Origin: Octopus sinensis
Taxonomy: Eukaryota
Assembly (NCBI RefSeq): GCF_006345805.1
Contig: NW_021832536.1
Location: forward strand, 49,791 to 113,790
Reading direction: 5' to 3'
DNA: 64,000 nt
The translations under genes and the position numbers were made by a program. Below, piece after piece: positions 25,223 to 39,700 of this stretch. Under the pieces are notes generated by a model. The model made no database searches. It was not told where the DNA came from and saw only the letters and a program-made list of their open reading frames with translations. Position 1 is the stretch's first letter, and each line of letters begins with the position of its first letter.

Positions 25223-26111
25223 TGCCTCCTACCAGATGTGTATACCCATGTCCTAACAGTGTGTGTGTGTTTCTTTGCATTGACCCCTTCGTAGGCAATG
25301 CTGTTGTTTTTGTATGATTCATAAGCAAAATATGTAGTAGCAGTTTGGTGTCCGAAAATGTCCATAATGCCAGCATAGAGAAAGCAGGGTTAATTAGAGT
25401 GATGAATACATATGATGGATTCTCCCATTGAAGATGAAATTGAAATCGATCAAAAAATCAATGGAAATTGTAGTTGTGATACCAGTGCCGGTGGGACGTA
25501 AAAGAACCATCCGAATGTGGCTGTTGCCAGCGCCGCCTCGACTGGCCTACATGCCGGTGGCACGTAAAAAGCACCAACCGATCGTGGCCCGTTGCCAGCC
25601 TCGCATGGCATCTGTGCTGGTGGGACGTAAAAAGCACTCCAGTCTGATCTAGCAGTGTTTCTACAGCTGGATGCCCTTCCTAACGCCAACCACTCTGTGA
25701 GTGTAGTGGGGTCTTTTTACGAGCCACCGGCACGGAAGCCAGTCAAGAAATTACTGGCATCGGCCACGTTCAGATGATGCTTTTTACATGTCGCCGGCAC
25801 AGGTATCAGAACTACAATTTCCATTTGATTTTTTGATGTTGATGTACTTGACTCAATAGGTCTCCTCAAGCACAGCAGGTCACCCTACGATCCAAGGTAA
25901 GCACAGCAGGTCGCCCTACGATCAAAGGTACTTTGGATGTGCTGGTGCTTCTATGTGAAGCCAGTGCAGGAAACAGCCATGAACTCACGTTATTTGTTGG
26001 GTCTTCACATTCACAGCATATCTCCAGAGGTCTTGGTCTTTCGTCATTGCCTCTATGAGGCAGAAACATATAGACATATAGACAGAAACTGAAAGAAGCC
26101 TGTCGTATATA

Positions 26112-26153
<42 letters not shown>

Positions 26154-26272
26154 GTGAGAATTTACAAAAAAAAAACAAAAGACGAAGACAGAGCCTATGC
26201 TCTTCGACAGAAAGGAACACAGAAATAAACAGGGACAGAAAATATATATATGTATATATATATATAGGCACA

Positions 26273-26675
26273 GGAGTGGCTGTGTGGTAAGTAGATTGCT
26301 CACCAACCACATGGTTCCGGGTTCAGTCCCACTGCGTGGCACTTTGGGCAAGTGTCTTCTACTATAGCCTTGGGCCGACCAAAGCCTTGTGAGTGGATTT
26401 GGTAGACGGAAACTGAAAGAAGCCTGTCGTATATATGTATATATATATATATGCGTGTGTGTGTTTGTGTGTCTGTGTTTGTCCCCCTAGCATTGCTTGA
26501 CAACCGATGCTGGTGTGTTTATGTCCCTGTTACTTAGCGGTTCGGCAAAAAGAGACCGATAGAATAAGTACTGGGCTTACAAAAAAGAATAAGTCCCGGG
26601 GTCGAGTTGCTCCATTAAAGGTGGTGCTCCAGCATGGCCGCAGTCAAATGACTGAAACAAGTAAAAGAGTAAAGA
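26273..26675 (+). mobile_element. SINE family A, full length
   Basis: Near-consensus copy. Confidence 0.9.
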
Positions 26676-26825
26676 GTATGTGTGTGTGTCTGTGTTTGTC
26701 CCCCCACCATCGCTTGTCTATATGTAGATATATCATTTTTTGTAAGACACACACACACACATGGTGAGAGTTACACACACACACAGAGTTTTATAGCTAT
26801 TCTTCCATTGATTTTCTTCTGACAG

Positions 26826-27008
26826 GTGTAAAGTGGAAGCAACGGTGACCAACATGACTACATCAGTTTGTGACTCGCTGTTTGAGAACAAACTCAGCCT
26901 CGTCGCTACGGAGATTCACATCTTCTCATTCTTCGGTGCCGGAATAGTCATGAGTTCCTGGTCTTGGAATAAAGCATCTCTTTCTGCCTGGGAACGATTC
27001 CTACGCAA
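26826..27008 (+). CDS. smo: Smoothened exon 8: ECL3, TM7, helix 8
   Basis: ttttcttctgacag|G; (M)CKVEAT...CDSLFENKLSLVATEIHIFSFFGAGIVMSSWSWNKASLSAWERFLR; AA|gtatgg; 183 nt, phase 2-2. Confidence 0.95.
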
Positions 27009-27054
27009 GTATGGCTTGACTTTTATTGCCCTTTTATTCTTTTGTTTTGTCGAT

Positions 27055-27315
27055 CTACCTACCTACCTGTATGTCTGTCTGTTTGTCTACCTACCTACCT
27101 ACCTACCTACCTGTATATATGTCTGTTTGTCTACCTACCTACCTACCTGTATGTTTGTATGTCTACCTACCTACCTACCTGTATGTCTGTCTGTTTGTCT
27201 GTCTGCCTATCTACCTGTATGTCTGTCTGTTTGTCTGTCTACCTACCTACCTGTATGTCTGTCTGTTTGTCTACCTACCTACCTACCTGTATGTCTGTCT
27301 GTTTGTCTGTCTACC
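27055..27315. repeat. Compound (CTAC)n/(TGTC)n microsatellite after exon 8
   Basis: Direct reading. Confidence 0.92.
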
Positions 27316-27779
27316 TATTAAGTTGTCCAGAAAGTTCTGAGCGTTTTTAACTTAAATCTTTTCATGCTTCATTGAACACACCTGAAACGTAACACACTTA
27401 AAACTTTGGCATTGCTTGAAGTGGTTGTGCATCTTGTCCTTTTTCCTGACTAAAACTAGATATGTCTTTCATTCTGGTGACCCTTTATTGATATTTGAAA
27501 TGGATGACCCAAAAACTTCATATTCGTGTTGTAATGTTTTTCTTCGAAATCAAATTCGATGACTGGCATCTGTGCTAGTGGAGCACTAAGAGCACCATTA
27601 GAGCGTGATCGTTGCCAGAGTGGCTAATTGGCGTTCATGCCGGTGGCATGTAAAAAGCACCATTCGAGCATGATCGTTACCAGCGTTGCCTTACTGGCAC
27701 CTGTGCCGGTGTGCAGGTGACATGTAAAAAAAAAACGATTTTTTTGTGGCCATTGCTAGTACCGCCTGACTGGCCCTGG

Positions 27780-30700
27780 TCATTGTAACCTCATGACCTT
27801 GTGTTATTGAAAACTTGTAACCTTGTGACATTGCAACCTCATGACCTTGTGTTATTGAAAACTTGTAACCTTGTGACATTGCAACCTTGTGACTCGTAAC
27901 CTTTTGTAACCTCATGACCTTGTGTTATTGAAAACTTGTAACCTTGTGACATTGCAACCTTGTGGCCTTGTGTCATTGTAACCTTGTGACTCGTAACCTT
28001 TTGTAACCTCATGACCTTGTGTTATTGAAAACTTGTAACCTTGTGACATTGCAACCTTGTGGCCTTGTGTCATTGTAACCTTGTGACTCGTAACCTTTTG
28101 TAACCTCATGACCTTGTGTTATTGAAAACTTGTAACCTTGTGACATTGCAACCTTGTGGCCTTGTGTCATTGGAACCTTGTGACTCGTAACCTTTTGTAA
28201 CCTCATGACCTTGTGTTATTGAAAACTTGTAACCTTGTGACATTGCAACCTTGTGGCCTTGTGTCATTGTAACCTTGTAACTTGTAACATTTTGTAACCT
28301 CATGACCTTGTGTTATTGAAATCTTGTAACCTTGTGACATTGTAACCTTGTGGCCTTGTGTCATTGTAACCTTGTGACTCGTAACCTTTTGTAACCTCAT
28401 GACCTTGTGTTATTGAAATCTCGTAACCTTGTGACATTGCAACCTTGTGGCCTTGTGTCATTGTAACCTTGTGACTCGTAACCTTTTGTAACCTCATGAC
28501 CTTGTGTTATTGAAAACTTGTAACCTTGTGACATTGTAACCTTGTGACATTGCAACCTTGTGGCCTTGTGTCATTGTAACCTTTTGTAACTCATGACCTT
28601 GTGTTATTGAAAATTGTAACCTTGTGACATTGTAACCTTGTGACATTGCAACCTTGTGACTCGTAACCTTTTGTAACCTCATGACCTTGTGTTATTGAAA
28701 ACTTGTAACCTTGTGACATTGCACCTTGTGGCCTTGTGTCATTGTAACTTTTGTAACCTCATGACCTTGTGTTATTGAAAACTTGTAACCTTGTGACATT
28801 GCAACCTTGTGGCTTGTGTCATTGTAACCTTTTGTAACCTCATGACCTTGTGTTATTGAAAACTTGTAACCTTGTGACATTGCAACCTTGTGACTTGTAA
28901 CCTTTTGTAACCTCATGACCTTGTGTTATTGAAAACTTGTAACCTTGTGACATTGCAACCTTGTGGCCTTGTGTCATTGTAACCTTTTGTAACCTCATGA
29001 CCTTGTGTTATTGAAAACTTGTAACCTTGTGACATTGCAACCTTGTGGCCTTGTGTCATTGTAACCTTTTGTAACCTCATGACCTTGTGTTATTGAAAAC
29101 TTGTATGTAACTTGTGACATTGCAACCTTGTGACTTGTAACTTTTGTAACCTCATGACCTTGTGTTATTGAAAACTTGTAACCTTGTGACATTGCAACCT
29201 TGTGTGACTTGTCTTGTAACCTTTTGTAACCTCATGACCTTGTGTTATTGAAAACTTGTAACCTTGTGACATTGCAACCTTGTGGCCTTGTGTCATTGTA
29301 ACCTTGTAACTTGTAACCTTTTGTACCTCATGACCTTTGTTGTGTAATTGAAAACTTGTAACCTTGTGACATTGCAACCTTGTGGCCTTGTGTCATTGTA
29401 ACCTTGTGACTCGTAACCTTTTGTAACCTCATGACCTTGTGTTATTGAAAACTTGTAACCTTGTGACATTGCAACCTTGTGGCCTTGTGTCATTGTAACC
29501 TTGTGACTCGTAACTTTTGTAACCTCATGACCTGTGTTATTGAAAACTTGTAACTTGGACATTGTAACCTTGTGACATTGCAACCTTGTGGCCTTGTGTC
29601 ATTGTAACCTGTGACTTGTAACCTTTTGTAACCTCATGACCTTGTGTTATTGAAAACTTGTAACCTTGTGACATTGCAACCTTGTGACTTGTAACCTTTT
29701 GTAACCTCATGACCTTGTGTTATTGAAAACTTGTAACCTTGTGACATTGTAACCTTGTGACATTGCAACCTTGTGGCCTTGTGTCATTGTAACCTTGTGA
29801 CTTGTAACCTTTTGTAACCTCATGACCTTGTGTTATTGAAAACTTGTAACCTTGTGACATTGCAACCTTGTGACTTGTAACCTTTTGTAACCTCATGACC
29901 TTGTGTTATTGAAAACTTGTAACCTTGTGACATTGTAACCTTGTGACATTGCAACCTTGTGGCTTGTGTCATTGTAACCTTGTGACTTGGTAACCTTTTG
30001 TAACCTCATGACCTTGTGTTATTGAAAATTGTAACCTTGTGACATTGCAACCTTGTGACTGTGAACCTTTTGTAACCTCATGACCTTGTGTTATTGAAAA
30101 CTGTAACCTTGTGACATTGCAACCTTGTGGTCCGCTTGTGGTGTCATTGTAACCTTGTGACTAGTAACCTTTTTAACCTCATGATCTTGTGTTATTGAAA
30201 ACTTGTAACCTTTGTGACATTGCAACCTGTGTGACTTGTAACCTTTTGTAACCTCATGACCTTGTGTTTAATTGAAAACTTGTAACCTTTGACATTGTAA
30301 CCTTGTGACATTGCAACCTTGTGGCCTTGTGTCATCATTGTAACCTTGTGACTTGTAACCTTTTGTAACCTCATGACCTTGTGTATTGAAAACTTGTAAC
30401 CTTGTGGACATTGCAACCTTGTGACTTGTAAACTTTTGTAACCTCATGACCTTCCCTTGTGGTTATTGAAAACTTGTAACCTGTGACATTGCAACCTTGT
30501 GGCCTTGTGTCATTGTACCTTGTGACTCGTAACCTTTTGTAACCTCATGATCTTGTGTTATTGAAAACTTGTAACCTTCTGTGACATGCAACCTTGTGAC
30601 TTGTAACCTTTTGTAACCTCATGACCTTGTGTTATTGAAAACTTGTAACCTTGTGACATTGTAACCTTGTGACATTGCAACCTTGTGGCCTTGTGTCATT

Positions 30701-33700
30701 GTAACCTTTTGTAACCTCATGACCTGGTGTTATTGAAAACTTGTAACCTTGTGACATTGCAACCTTGTGACTTGTAACCTTTTGTAACCTCATGACCTTG
30801 TGTTATTGAAACTTGTAACTTGTGACATTGTAACCTTGTGGCCTTGTGTCATTGTAACCTTGTGACTCGTAACCTTTTGTAACCTCATGATCTTGTGTTA
30901 TTGAAAACTTGTAACCTTGTGACATTGCAACCTTGTGACTTGTAACCTTTTGTAACCTCATGACCTTGTGTATTGAAAACTTGTAACCTTGTGACATTGC
31001 AACCTTGTGGCCTTGTGTCATTGTAACCTTTTGTAACCTCATGACCTTGTGTTATTGAAAACTTGTAACCTTGTGACATTGCAACCTTGTGACTTGTAAC
31101 CTTTGTAACCTCATGACCTGTGTTATTGAAAACTTGTAACCTTGTGACATTGTACCTTGTGACATTGCAACCTTGTGGCCTTGTGTCATTGTAACCTTGT
31201 GACTCGTAACCTTTTGTAACCTCATGACCTTGTGTTATTGAAAACTTGTAACCTTGTGACATTGCAACCTTGTGACTTGTAACCTTTTGTAACCTCATGA
31301 CCTTGTGTTATTGAAAACTTGTAACCTTGTGACATTGCAACCTTGTGACTTGTAACCTTTTGTAACCTCATGACCTTGTGTTATTGAAAACTTGTAACCT
31401 TGTGACATTGCAACCTTGTGACTTGTAACCTTTTGTAACCTCATGACCTTGTGTTATTGAAAACTTGTAACCTTGTGACATTGCAACCTTGTGGCCTTGT
31501 GTCATTGTAACCTTTTGTAACCTCATGACCTTGTGTTATTGAAAACTTGTAACCTTGTGACATTGCAACCTTGTGGCCTTGTGTCATTGTAACCTTTTGT
31601 AACCTCATGACCTTGTGTTATTGAAAACTTGTAACCTTGTGACATTGCAACCTTGTGGCCTTGTGTCATTGTAACCTTTTGTAACCTCATGACCTTGTGT
31701 TATTGAAAACTTGTAACCTTGTGACATTGCAACCTTGTGGCCTTGTGTCATTGTAACCTTTTGTAACCTCATGACCTTGTGTTATTGAAAACTTGTAACC
31801 TTGTGACATTGCAACCTTGTGGCCTTGTGTCATTGTAACCTTGTGACTCGTAACCTTTTGTAACCTCATGATCTTGTGTTATTGAAAACTTGTAACCTTG
31901 TGACATTGCAACCTTGTGACTTGTAACCTTTTGTAACCTCATGACCTTGTGTTATTGAAAACTTGTAACCTTGTGACATTGCAACCTTGTGGCCTTGTGT
32001 CATTGTAACCTTTTTAACCTCATGACCTTGTGTTATTGAAAACTTGTAACCTTGTGACATTGCAACCTTGTGGCCTTGTGTCATTGTAACCTTTGTAACC
32101 TCATGACCTTGTGTTATTGAAAACTTGTAACCTTGTGACATTGCAACCTTGTGGCCTTGTGTCATTGTAACCTTTGTAACCTCATGACCTGTGTTATTGA
32201 AAACTTGTAACCTTGTGACATTGCAACCTTGTGGCCTTGTGTCATTGTAACCTTTTGTAACCTCATGACCTTGTGTTATTGAAAACTTGTAACCTTGTGA
32301 CATTGCAACCTTGTGGCCTTGTGTCATTGTAACCTTTTGTAACCTCATGACCTTGTGTTATTGAAAACTTGTAACCTTGTGACATTGCAACCTTGTGGCC
32401 TTGTGTCATTGTAACCTTTTGTAACCTCATGACCTTGTGTTATTGAAAACTTGTAACCTTGTGACATTGCAACCTTGTGGCCTTGTGTCATTGTAACCTT
32501 TGTAACCTCATGACCTTGTGTTATTGAAAACTTGTAACCTTGTGACATTGCAACCTTGTGGCCTTGTGTCATTGTAACCTTGTGACTCGTAACCTTTTGT
32601 AACCTCATGATCTTGTGTTATTGAAAACTTGTAACCTTGTGACATTGCAACCTTGTGACTTGTAACCTTTTGTAACCTCATGACCTTGTGCTATTGAAAA
32701 CTTGTAACCTTGTGACATTGCAACCTTGTGGCCTTGTGTCATTGTAACCTTTTGTAACCTCATGACCTTGTGTTATTGAAAACTTGTAACCTTGTGACAT
32801 TGCAACCTTGTGGCCTTGTGTCATTGTAACCTTTTGTAACCTCATGACCTTGTGTTATTGAAAACTTGTAACCTTGTGACATTGCAACCTTGTGGCCTTG
32901 TGTCATTGTAACCTTTTGTAACCTCATGACCTTGTGTGTTATTGAAACTTGTAACCTTGTGACATTGCAACCTTGTGGCCTTGTGTCATTGTAACCTTGT
33001 GACTCGTAACCTTTTGTAACCTCATGATCTTGTGTTATTGAAAACTTGTAACTTGTGACATTGCAACCTTGTGACTTGTAACTTTTGTAACCTCATGACC
33101 TTGTGTTATTGAAAACTTGTAACTTGTGACATTGCAACCTTGTGCCTTGTGTCATTGTAACCTTTTGTAACCTCATGACCTTGTGTTATTGAAAACTTGT
33201 AACCTTGTGACATTGCAACCTTGTGGCCTTGTGTCATTGTAACCTTTTGTAACCTCATGACCTTGTGTTATTGAAAACTTGTAACCTTGTGACATTGCAA
33301 CCTTGTGGCCTTGTGTCATTGTAACCTTGTGACTTGTAACCTTTTGTAACCTCATGACCTTGTGTTATTGAAAACTTGTAACCTTGTGACATTGCAACCT
33401 TGTGGCCTTGTGTCATTGTAACCTTGTGACTCGTAACCTTTTGTAACCTCATGACCTTGTGTTATTGAAAACTTGTAACCTTGTGACATTGCAACCTTGT
33501 GGCCTTGTGTCATTGTAACCTTGTGACTCGTAACCTTTTGTAACCTCATGACCTTGTGTTATTGAAAACTTGTAACCTTGGACATTGCAACCTTGTGGCC
33601 TTGTGTCATTGTAACCTTGTGACTCGTAACCTTTTGTAACCTCATGACCTTGTGTTATTGAAAACTTGTAACCTTGTGACATTGCAACCTTGTGGCCTTG

Positions 33701-36700
33701 TGTCATTGTAACCTTGTGACTCGTAACCTTTTGTAACCTCATGACCTTGTGTTATTGAAAACTTGTAACCTTGTGACATTGCAACCTTGTGGCCTTGTGT
33801 CATTGTAACTTGTGACTCGTAACCTTTTGTAACCTCATGACCTTGTGTTATTGAAAACTTGTAACCTTGTGACATTGCAACCTTGTGACTTGTAACCTTT
33901 TGTAACCTCATGACCTTGTGTTATTGAAAACTTGTAACCTTGTGACATTGCAACTTGTGGCCTTGTGTCATTGTAACCTTGTGACTTGTAACCTTTTGTA
34001 ACCTCATGATCTTGTGTTATTGAAAACTTGTAACCTTGTGACATTGCAACCTTGTGGCCTTGTGTCATTGTAACCTTGTGACTCGTAACCTTTTGTACCT
34101 CATGACCTTGTGTTATTGAAAACTTGTAACCTTGTGACATTGCAACCTTGTGGCCTTGTGTCATTGTAACCTTGTGACTTGTAACCTTTTGTAACCTCAT
34201 GACCTTGTGTTATTGAAAACTTGTAACCTTGTGACATTGCAACCTTGTGGCCTTGTGTCATTGTAACCTTGTGACTCGTAACCTTTTGTAACCTCATGAC
34301 CTTGTGTTATTGAAAACTTGTAACCTTGTGACATTGCAACCTTGTGACTTGTAACCTTTTGTAACCTCATGACCTTGTGTTATTGAAAACTTGTAACCTT
34401 GTGACATTGCAACCTTGTGGCCTTGTGTCATTGTAACCTTGTGACTCGTAACCTTTTGTAACCTCATGATCTTGTGTTATTGAAAACTTGTAACCTTGTG
34501 ACATGGCAACCTTGTGGCCTTGTGTCATTGTAACCTTGTGACTCGTAACCTTTTGTAACCTCATGACCTTGTGTTATTGAAAACTTGTAACCTTGTGACA
34601 TTGCAACCTTGTGACTTGTAACCTTTTGTAACCTCATGACCTTGTGTTATTGAAAACTTGTAACCTTGTGACATTGCAACCTTGTGGCCTTGTGTCATTG
34701 TAACCTTGTGACTCGTAACCTTTTGTAACCTCATGATCTTGTGTTATTGAAAACTTGTAACCTTGTGACATTGCAACCTTGTGGCCTTGTGTCATTGTAA
34801 CCTTGTGACTCGTAACCTTTTGTAACCTCATGATCTTGTGTTATTGAAAACTTGTAACCTTGTGACATTGCAACCTTGTGGCCTTGTGTCATTGTAACCT
34901 TGTGACTCGTAACCTTTTGTACCTCATGACCTTGTGTTATTGAAAACTTGTAACCTTGTGACATTGCAACCTTGTGGCCTTGTGTCATTGTAACCTTGTG
35001 ACTCGTAACTTTTGTAACCTCATGACCTTGTGTTATTGAAAACTTGTAACCTTGTGACATTGCAACCTTGTGGCCTTGTGTCATTGTAACCTTGTGACTC
35101 GTAACCTTTTGTAACCTCATGACCTTGTGTTATTGAAAACTTGTAACCTTGTGACATTGCAACCTGTAGCCTTGTGTCATTGTAACCTTTTGTAACCTCA
35201 TGACCTTGTGTTATTGAAAACTTGTAACCTTGTGACATTGCAACCTTGTGGCCTTGTGTCATTGTAACCTTTTGTAACCTCATGACCTTGTGTTATTGAA
35301 AACTTGTAACCTTGTGACATTGCAACCTTGTGGCCTTGTGTCATTGTAACCTTTGTAACCTCATGACCTTGTGTTATTGAAAACTTGTAACCTTGTGACA
35401 TTGCAACCTTGTGGCCTTGTGTCATTGTAACCTTGTGACTCGTAACCTTTTGTAACCTCATGACCTTGTGTTATTGAAAACTTGTAACCTTGTGACATTG
35501 CAACCTTGTAGCCTTGTGTCATTGTAACCTTTTGTAACCTCATGACCTTGTGTCATTGGAACCTTGTAGCCTTGTGTCATTGTAACCTTGTGGCCTTGTG
35601 TCATTGTAACCTTGTGGCCTTGTGTCATTGGAACCTTGTAGCCTTGTGTCATTGGAACCTTGTGGCCTTGTGTCATTGTAACCTTGTGACTCGTAACCTT
35701 TTGTAACCTCATGACCTTGTGTTATTGAAAACTTGTAACCTTGTGACATTGCAACCTTGTAGCCTTGTGTCATTGTAACCTTTTGTAACCTCATGACCTT
35801 GTGTTATTGAAAACTTGTAACCTTGTGACATTGCAACCTTGTGGCCTTGTGTCATTGTAACCTTGTGACTCGTAACCTTTGTAACCTCATGATCTTGTGT
35901 TATTGAAAACTTGTAACCTTGTGACATTGCAACCTTGTGACTTGTAACCTTTTGTAACCTCATGACCTTGTGTTATTGAAAACTTGTAACCTTGTGACAT
36001 TGCAACCTTGTGACTTGTAACCTTTTGTAACCTCATGACCTTGTGTTATTGAAAACTTGTAACCTTGTGACATTGCAACCTTGTGGCCTGTGTCATTGTA
36101 ACCTTGTGACTCGTAACCTTTTGTAACCTCATGACCTTGTGTTATTGAAAACTGTAACCTTGTGACATTGCAACCTTGTGGCCTTGTGTCATTGTAACCT
36201 TGTGACTCGTAACCTTTTGTAACCTCATGACCTTGGTTATTGAAAACTTGTAACCTTGTGACATTGCAACCTTGTAGCCTTGTGTCATTGTAACCTTTTG
36301 TAACCTCATGACCTTGTGTTATTGAAAACTTGTAACCTTGTGACATTGCAACTTGTGGCCTTGTGACTCGTAACCTTTTGTAACCTCATGACCTTGTGTT
36401 ATTGAAAACTTGTAACCTTGTGACATTGCAACCTTGTGGCCTTGTGTCATTGTAACCTTTTGTAACCTCATGACTTGTGTTATTGAAAACTTGTAACTTG
36501 TGACATTGCAACCTTGTGGCCTTGTGTCATTGTAACTTGTGACTCGTAACCTTTTGTAACCTCATGACCTTGTGTTATTGAAAACTTGTAACCTTGTGAC
36601 ATTGCAACCTTGTGGCCTTGTGTCATTGTAACCTTTTGTAACCTCATGACCTTGTGTTATTGAAAACTTGTAACTTGTGACATTGCAACCTTGTGGCCTT

Positions 36701-39700
36701 GTGTCATTGTAACCTTGTGACTCGTAACCTTTTGTAACCTCATGATCTGTGTTATTGAAAACTTGTAACCTTGTGACATTGCAACCTTGTGACTTGTAAC
36801 CTTTTGTAACCTCATGACCTTGTGTTATTGAAAACTTGTAACCTTGTGACATTGCAACCTTGTGACTTGTAACCTTTTGTAACCTCATGACCTTGTGTTA
36901 TTGAAAACTTGTAACCTGTGACATTGCAACCTTGTGGCCTTGTGTCATTGTAACTTGTGACTCGTAACCTTTTGTAACCTCATGATCTTGTGTTATTGAA
37001 AACTTGTAACCTTGTGACATTGCAACCTGTAGCCTTGTGTCATTGTAACCTTTTGTAACCTCATGACCTTGTGTTATTGAAAACTTGTAACCTTGTGACA
37101 TTGCAACCTTGTGGCCTTGTGACTCGTAACCTTTTGTAACCTCATGACCTTGTGTTATTGAAAACTTGTAACCTTGTGACATTGCAACCTTGTGGCCTTG
37201 TGTCATTGTAACCTTTTGTAACCTCATGACCTTGTGTTATTGAAAACTTGTAACCTTGTGACATTGCAACCTTGTGGCCTTGTGTCATTGTAACCTTGTG
37301 ACTCGTAACCTTTTGTAACCTCATGACCTTGTGTTATTGAAAACTTGTAACCTTGTGACATTGCAACCTTGTGGCCTTGTGTCATTGTAACCTTTTGTAA
37401 CCTCATGACCTTGTGTTATTGAAAACTTGTAACCTTGTGACATTGCAACCTTGTGGCCTTGTGTCATTGTAACCTTGTGACTCGTAACCTTTTGTAACCT
37501 CATGATCTTGTGTTATTGAAAACTTGTAACCTTGTGACATTGCAACCTTGTGACTTGTAACCTTTTGTAACCTCATGACCTTGTGTTATTGAAAACTTGT
37601 AACCTTGTGACATTGCAACCTTGTGACTTGTAACCTTTTGTAACCTCATGACCTTGTGTTATTGAAAACTTGTAACCTTGTGACATTGCAACCTTGTGGC
37701 CTTGTGTCATTGTAACCTTGTGACTCGTAACCTTTTGTAACCTCATGATCTTGTGTTATTGAAAACTTGTAACCTTGTGACATTGCAACCTTGTGACTTG
37801 TAACCTTTTGTAACCTCATGACCTTGTGTTATTGAAAACTTGTAACCTTGTGACATTGCAACCTTGTGGCCTTGTGTCATTGTAACCTTTTGTAACCTCA
37901 TGACCTTGTGTTATTGAAAACTTGTAACCTTGTGACATTGCAACCTTGTGGCCTGTGTCATTGTAACCTTGTGACTCGTAACCTTTTGTAACCTCATGAT
38001 CTTGTGTTATTGAAAACTTGTAACCTTGTGACATTGCAACCTTGTGACTTGTAACCTTTTGTAACCTCATGACCTTGTGTTATTGAAAACTTGTAACCTT
38101 GTGACATTGCAACCTTGTGACTTGTAACCTTTTGTAACCTCATGACCTTGTGTTATTGAAAACTTGTAACCTTGTGACATTGCAACCTTGTGGCCTTGTG
38201 TCATTGTAACCTTGTGACTCGTAACCTTTTGTAACCTCATGACCTTGTGTTATTGAAAACTTGTAACCTTGTGACATTGTAACCTTGTGACATTGCAACC
38301 TTGTGGCCTTGTGTCATTGTAACCTTTTGTAACCTCATGACCTTGTGTTATTGAAAACTTGTAACCTTGTGACATTGCAACCTTGTGACTTGTAACCTTT
38401 TGTAACCTCATGACCTTGTGTTATTGAAAACTTGTAACCTTGTGACATTGCAACCTTGTGACTTGTAACCTTTTGTAACCTCATGACCTTGTGTTATTGA
38501 AAACTTGTAACCTTGTGACATTGCAACCTTGTGACTTGTAACCTTTGTAACCTCATGACCTTGTGTTATTGAAAACTTGTAACCTTGTGACATTGCAACC
38601 TTGTGGCCTTGTGTCATTGTAACCTTGTGACTCGTAACCTTTTGTAACCTCATGACCTTGTGTATTGAAAACTTGTAACTTGTGACATTGTAACCTTGTG
38701 ACATTGCAACTTGTGGCCTTGTGTCATTGTAACCTTTTGTAACCTCATGACCTTGTGTTATTGAAAACTTGTAACCTTGTGACATTGCAACCTGTGACTT
38801 GTAACTTTTGTAACCTCATGACCTTGTGTTATTGAAAACTTGTAACCTTGTGACATTGCAACCTTGTGACTTGTAACCTTTTGTAACCTCATGACCTTGT
38901 GTTATTGAAAACTTGTAACCTTGTGACATTGCAACCTTGTGACTTGTAACCTTTTGTAACCTCATGACCTTGTGTTATTGAAAACTTGTAACCTTGTGAC
39001 ATTGCAACCTTGTGGCCTTGTGTCATTGTAACCTTGTAACTTGTAACATTTTGTAACCTCATGACCTTGTGTTATTGAAATCTTGTAACCTTGTGACATT
39101 GCAACCTTGTGGCCTTGTGTCATTGGAACCTTGTGACTCGTAACCTTTTGTAACCTCATGACCTTGTGTTATTGAAAACTTGTAACCTTGTGACATTGCA
39201 ACCTTGTGACTTGTAACCTTTTGTAACCTCATGACCTTGTGTTATTGAAAACTTGTAACCTTGTGACATTGCAACCTTGTGACTTGTAACCTTTGTAACC
39301 TCATGACCTTGTGTTATTGAAAACTTGTAACCTTGTTACATTGCAACCTTGTGACTTGTAACCTTTGTAACCTCATGACCTTGTGTTATTGAAAACTTGT
39401 ACCTTGTGACATTGCAACCTTGTGACTTGTAACCTTTTGTAACCTCATGACCTTGTGTTATTGAAAACTTCTAACCTTGTGACATTGCAACCTTGTGACT
39501 TGTAACCTTTTGTAACCTCATGACCTTGTGTTATTGAAAACTTGTAACCTTGTGACATTGCAACCTTGTGACTTGTAACCTTTTGTAACCTCATGACCTT
39601 GTGTTATTGAAAACTTGTAACCTTGTGACATTGCAACCTTGTGACTTGTAACCTTTTGTAACCCATGACCTTGTGTTATTGAAAACTTCTAACTTGTGAC

